A DNA stretch of 64,000 bases from Octopus bimaculoides (lineage: Eukaryota). Within the stretch, counting starts at the first letter, position 1. The number at the start of each line of letters is the position of its first letter. The notes under the pieces are model-generated. The model searched no databases. It was not told the origin of the DNA and saw only the letters and a list, made by a program, of their open reading frames with translations. The position numbers were made by a program, and so were the translations under genes. The DNA lies in assembly GCF_001194135.2 (NCBI RefSeq), contig NC_068990.1, positions 19,334,606 through 19,398,605 on the forward strand. The letters are read 5' to 3'. This document shows positions 63,964 through 64,000 of this stretch, piece by piece.

Positions 63964-64000
<37 letters not shown>

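Overview
This is AT-rich eukaryotic genomic DNA from a gapped draft assembly. There are 17 N-runs totalling about 5.5 kb, and nearly all abut (TA)n, (CA)n, (GA)n or (CTAT)n microsatellites. The repeat landscape points to a coleoid cephalopod, probably Octopus, and the window reads as a long intron or intergenic interval; both are inferences, not verified. No intact protein-coding gene, rRNA, true tRNA or CRISPR array is supported, and most ORFs in the supplied track are microsatellite, N-run or SINE artefacts. Three tRNA-headed SINE groups are well supported: A (CORE-like, with an internal microsatellite), B (several copies with 12-16 bp TSDs) and V-domain SINEs. Also well supported are two mariner relics (one with both TIRs) and RTE-LINE relics. 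The most interesting observations are a Penelope-type minimal hammerhead ribozyme motif with a G12A core change (35943-35988), a 152/155-bp long inverted repeat (17949-18348), a second foldback whose inner-arm mismatches are all G-U or A-C (31060-31319), an array of amplified mariner TIR tips with duplicated hairpins (56825-56963), a triple 23-bp homeodomain-type motif (32741-32982), a candidate recursive-splice site (6707/6708), and weak phase-compatible exon pairs on each strand that may belong to a host gene.
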